DNA from: an uncultured Acidobacteriota bacterium | GTDB lineage: Bacteria; Acidobacteriota; Terriglobia; Terriglobales; Acidobacteriaceae | Assembly: GCA_963842075.1 (NCBI GenBank) | Contig: CAWJFA010000017.1 | Coordinates: 664-64,663, forward strand | Direction: 5' to 3' | Length of the DNA: 64,000 nucleotides | Shown: in pieces, positions 61,721 to 64,000 of the stretch | Position numbering within the stretch: position 1 is the stretch's first letter | Layout of the letters: every line of letters begins with the position of its first letter | Made by a program: the position numbers and the translations under genes | The notes under the pieces: model-generated | Database searches by the model: none | What the model was told of the DNA's origin: nothing | Seen by the model: only the letters and a program-made list of their open reading frames with translations

Positions 61721-63100
61721 ATGAAACTCACACTTTCGAAAATAGGGGAGTTTGTTTCGGCTCGCGGCGAATTCACTTCCGAAGAAGTGGTGCAGGGGTA
61801 TTCGATCGACTCGCGAACGGTGGGCGCGGGCCAGCTTTTTTTTGCGGTGAAGGGCGAGCGGCTGGATGGGCATGATTTTGTTGAGCAGGCGCTCGGAAAA
61901 GGGGCGGCCGCGGCGGTGGTGCGTCAGGATCAGTTGGGACGTTATCCGGAGCGGGCACGGTTGCTGGCAGTGGAAGACACTCTGGTGGCGCTACAGACCC
62001 TGGCTACGGCGGTGCGGAAGGTTTGGGGCAAAGCGCTGATCGGGGTGACGGGATCGGCAGGCAAGACGACAACTAAGGATGCGATTGCGCGCGTGCTGAG
62101 CGCGCGGTTTCGCGTGCTGAAATCGGAAGGAAATTTCAACAACCATTTTGGCCTGCCCCTGATGCTTTTGAAGCTTGAACCGGAGCATGACTTGGCGGTA
62201 ATCGAAATGGGCATGTCGCACGCGGGCGAGATTCGAGCGCTGGCGAAAATCGCGCAGCCGCAGATTGGCGTGGTGACCAACGTGGCGCCGGTACATTTGG
62301 AGTTTTTTGAGTCGTTGGCGGGGATTGCGCGGGCGAAGTATGAGTTGATCGAATCGTTGCCGAGTAGCGGGACGGCTGTGTTGAACGCCGACGATGAATA
62401 TGTTTCGCAATTTGGGCGCGACTTTAAAGGCCGGGTAGTGATGTACGGAGCCAGTGCAGGCGCGAGTGTGCGCGCGGAAAATATCCGGTCGAAGGGATCG
62501 GAGGGGTCGGAATTCGAGATGGTGATTGGCGGCGCACGCGAGCGCGCCAGACTGGTGTTGGTTGGCGGGCACAATATTCTGAATGCATTGGCTGCAGTGG
62601 CCGTGGGAGTGGAGCGGGGATTGAGTCCTTCCGAAGCGGTTGCGGCGCTGGCGACGCTGAGGCCTTCCGATAAGCGAGGGCAGGTTCTTCAGTTGGGTAA
62701 CATCACGGTGATCAACGATTGCTACAATTCGAATCCAAAGGCGCTCGATGCGATGGTGGATGCGCTGGCCTCGATGGAGGCGCGGCGCCGCATTGCCGTG
62801 GTGGGGGCAATGCTCGAGCTTGGTCCGACTGAGGAGCAACTGCACCGGCAGGCGGGTCAGTACATCGCGCGGAAGAAAATCGACGTGCTGCTGGGGGTGC
62901 GGGGTCCGGCGCAGGCCATGGCGGAAGCCGCACAACAGGCGGGCATGCGAGCGGAATTCGTGACTACGCCCGAGGAAGCCGGCGAATGGCTGGCGGACGA
63001 AACTCGCGACGGCGACGTGGTGCTGTTGAAGGCTTCACGCGGTGTGAAGCTGGAAAAGGCGCTGGAAATCTGGAAGGCACGACTCAACAGCAATAATTGA
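61721..63100 (+). CDS. murF: UDP-N-acetylmuramoyl-tripeptide--D-alanyl-D-alanine ligase
   Basis: GVTGSAGKTTTKD, NFNNHFGLPL, EMGMSHAGEI, NDCYNSNP. Confidence 0.95.
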   Translation: MKLTLSKIGEFVSARGEFTSEEVVQGYSIDSRTVGAGQLFFAVKGERLDGHDFVEQALGKGAAAAVVRQDQLGRYPERARLLAVEDTLVALQTLATAVRKVWGKALIGVTGSAGKTTTKDAIARVLSARFRVLKSEGNFNNHFGLPLMLLKLEPEHDLAVIEMGMSHAGEIRALAKIAQPQIGVVTNVAPVHLEFFESLAGIARAKYELIESLPSSGTAVLNADDEYVSQFGRDFKGRVVMYGASAGASVRAENIRSKGSEGSEFEMVIGGARERARLVLVGGHNILNALAAVAVGVERGLSPSEAVAALATLRPSDKRGQVLQLGNITVINDCYNSNPKALDAMVDALASMEARRRIAVVGAMLELGPTEEQLHRQAGQYIARKKIDVLLGVRGPAQAMAEAAQQAGMRAEFVTTPEEAGEWLADETRDGDVVLLKASRGVKLEKALEIWKARLNSNN

Positions 63101-63123
63101 GACTATCGCGGAACGGAGGCTGA

Positions 63124-64000
63124 TTGTTCTACTGGCTGTTGTTCGTGAAGCTGCAACATTATTTTCCGCCGTTCCGCATCTTCCGCTACCTGACGTTCCG
63201 CACTGCGTTCGCCAGTCTTACCGCACTGTTTACTTCGCTGATTGTAGGTCCGCTGGTGATCGGGCGGCTGCGCGAGTTCCAGATTGGCCAGTACATTCGA
63301 GAAGAAGGCCCGAAGGCCCATCAGAAAAAAGCGGGGACGCCGACCATGGGCGGGCTGCTGATCGCGATTGCGATCGTGGTGCCGACGCTGTTGTGGGCCG
63401 ATTTGAGCAACCGCTTCGTGTGGATTGCGGTTTTTGCCACTTGCGCGTTCGCGGCGATCGGGTTCACCGACGACTACACCAAAGTTGTGCACAGGAGAAA
63501 TCTTGGCCTGACTGGGCGAGCGAAGCTGGGGCTGCAGATTGCGACCAGCATTGTGATTGCGGTGATGCTGATCGCGATGCAGACGTATGGAATGTATTCG
63601 ACCAAGCTGATTGTGCCTTTTCTGAAGCAGTTTCATCCGGACCTAGTGGTGCAGAACCTGGAGCGGTTTCCGCATTTGTGGCCGTTCGCGTTTTTGCCGT
63701 TCATCGGTTTCGTTGCGCTGGTGATTGTGGGTTCGAGCAACGCGGTGAATCTTACCGATGGGCTGGACGGGCTGGCGATTGGCTGCACGGTGATTGCGGC
63801 GGGCGCGCTGACCGTGCTCACGTACGTGAGCGGGCACGCGACGTTTGCGACTTATCTGGAGATTCCGAAGATGCCGCAGGTGGGCGAATTGACGATTTTT
63901 TGCGGGGCGATGGTGGGATCGTCGATTGGATTTTTGTGGTACAACGCGCATCCGGCGGAAGTTTTTATGGGCGATGTGGGATCGCTGGCGCTGGGCGGCG
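63124..64000 (+). CDS. mraY: phospho-N-acetylmuramoyl-pentapeptide transferase (5' part; runs off the window)
   Basis: Not in the ORF track (no stop in the window). GGAGG SD, then TTG 63124. Translation (M)FYWLLFVKLQHYFPPFRIFRYLTFRTAFASLTALFTSLIVGP...QKKAGTPTMGG...NAVNLTDGLDGLA...HPAEVFMGDVGSLALGG. Confidence 0.93.
   Translation, partial: MFYWLLFVKLQHYFPPFRIFRYLTFRTAFASLTALFTSLIVGPLVIGRLREFQIGQYIREEGPKAHQKKAGTPTMGGLLIAIAIVVPTLLWADLSNRFVWIAVFATCAFAAIGFTDDYTKVVHRRNLGLTGRAKLGLQIATSIVIAVMLIAMQTYGMYSTKLIVPFLKQFHPDLVVQNLERFPHLWPFAFLPFIGFVALVIVGSSNAVNLTDGLDGLAIGCTVIAAGALTVLTYVSGHATFATYLEIPKMPQVGELTIFCGAMVGSSIGFLWYNAHPAEVFMGDVGSLALGG

Noticed and set aside
58500-62935. Long minus-strand ORFs opposite the mutase gene, murE and murF (58500..59429, 60085..61554, 61991..62935)
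   Set aside because: The reasoning is the same: arginine/proline-rich composition and complete overlap with strongly supported plus-strand genes.

Overview
GC-rich bacterial chromosomal segment. Gene families (CarboxypepD_reg-type TonB receptor, YXWGXW secreted protein, DUF4097/LiaF-like modules) and the hairpin repeats suggest Acidobacteriota (Terriglobia-like); this is inference only. I call about 57 protein genes, mostly housekeeping. They include valS, nadC, birA, coaX, comEC, pheST, the infC-rpmI-rplT operon, rpsU, mtaB, hisS, aspS, cmk, mutL, glgC, an acyl-CoA mutase catalytic subunit and the start of a dcw cluster (murE-murF-mraY). I saw no rRNA, tRNA, CRISPR array, transposase or integrase. 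Observations worth a second look: (1) Intergenic space holds at least three families of structured hairpin repeats. The main one is a ~61-nt element (GGATCCTTCGAC...CTCGCTCAGGATGACA) whose inner stem covaries between copies. It also occurs as a three-copy array and a 26-bp tandem array. (2) Short tandem repeats with periods not divisible by 3, each carrying a stop triplet, sit at gene ends. One copy is embedded in-frame in pheT. (3) Two translation genes need non-canonical starts: infC (ATC) and rpsU (CTG or ATT). rpsU is absent from the ORF track. (4) An ECF sigma / anti-sigma / B-box membrane protein / DUF4097 operon is tightly coupled translationally. (5) A MetE-like gene is translationally coupled to a 4-PAS HisKA_3 kinase, followed by a CHASE3 kinase and a stand-alone receiver. 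(6) Small oddities: a frame-disrupted secreted-protein gene, an 11-Cys 60-aa ORF, a PD-(D/E)XK nuclease behind an AT-rich leader, a 105-nt polypyrimidine minisatellite, and perfect 18- and 19-bp tandem duplications in 5' regions. All functional calls rest on motif recognition by eye; no searches were run.
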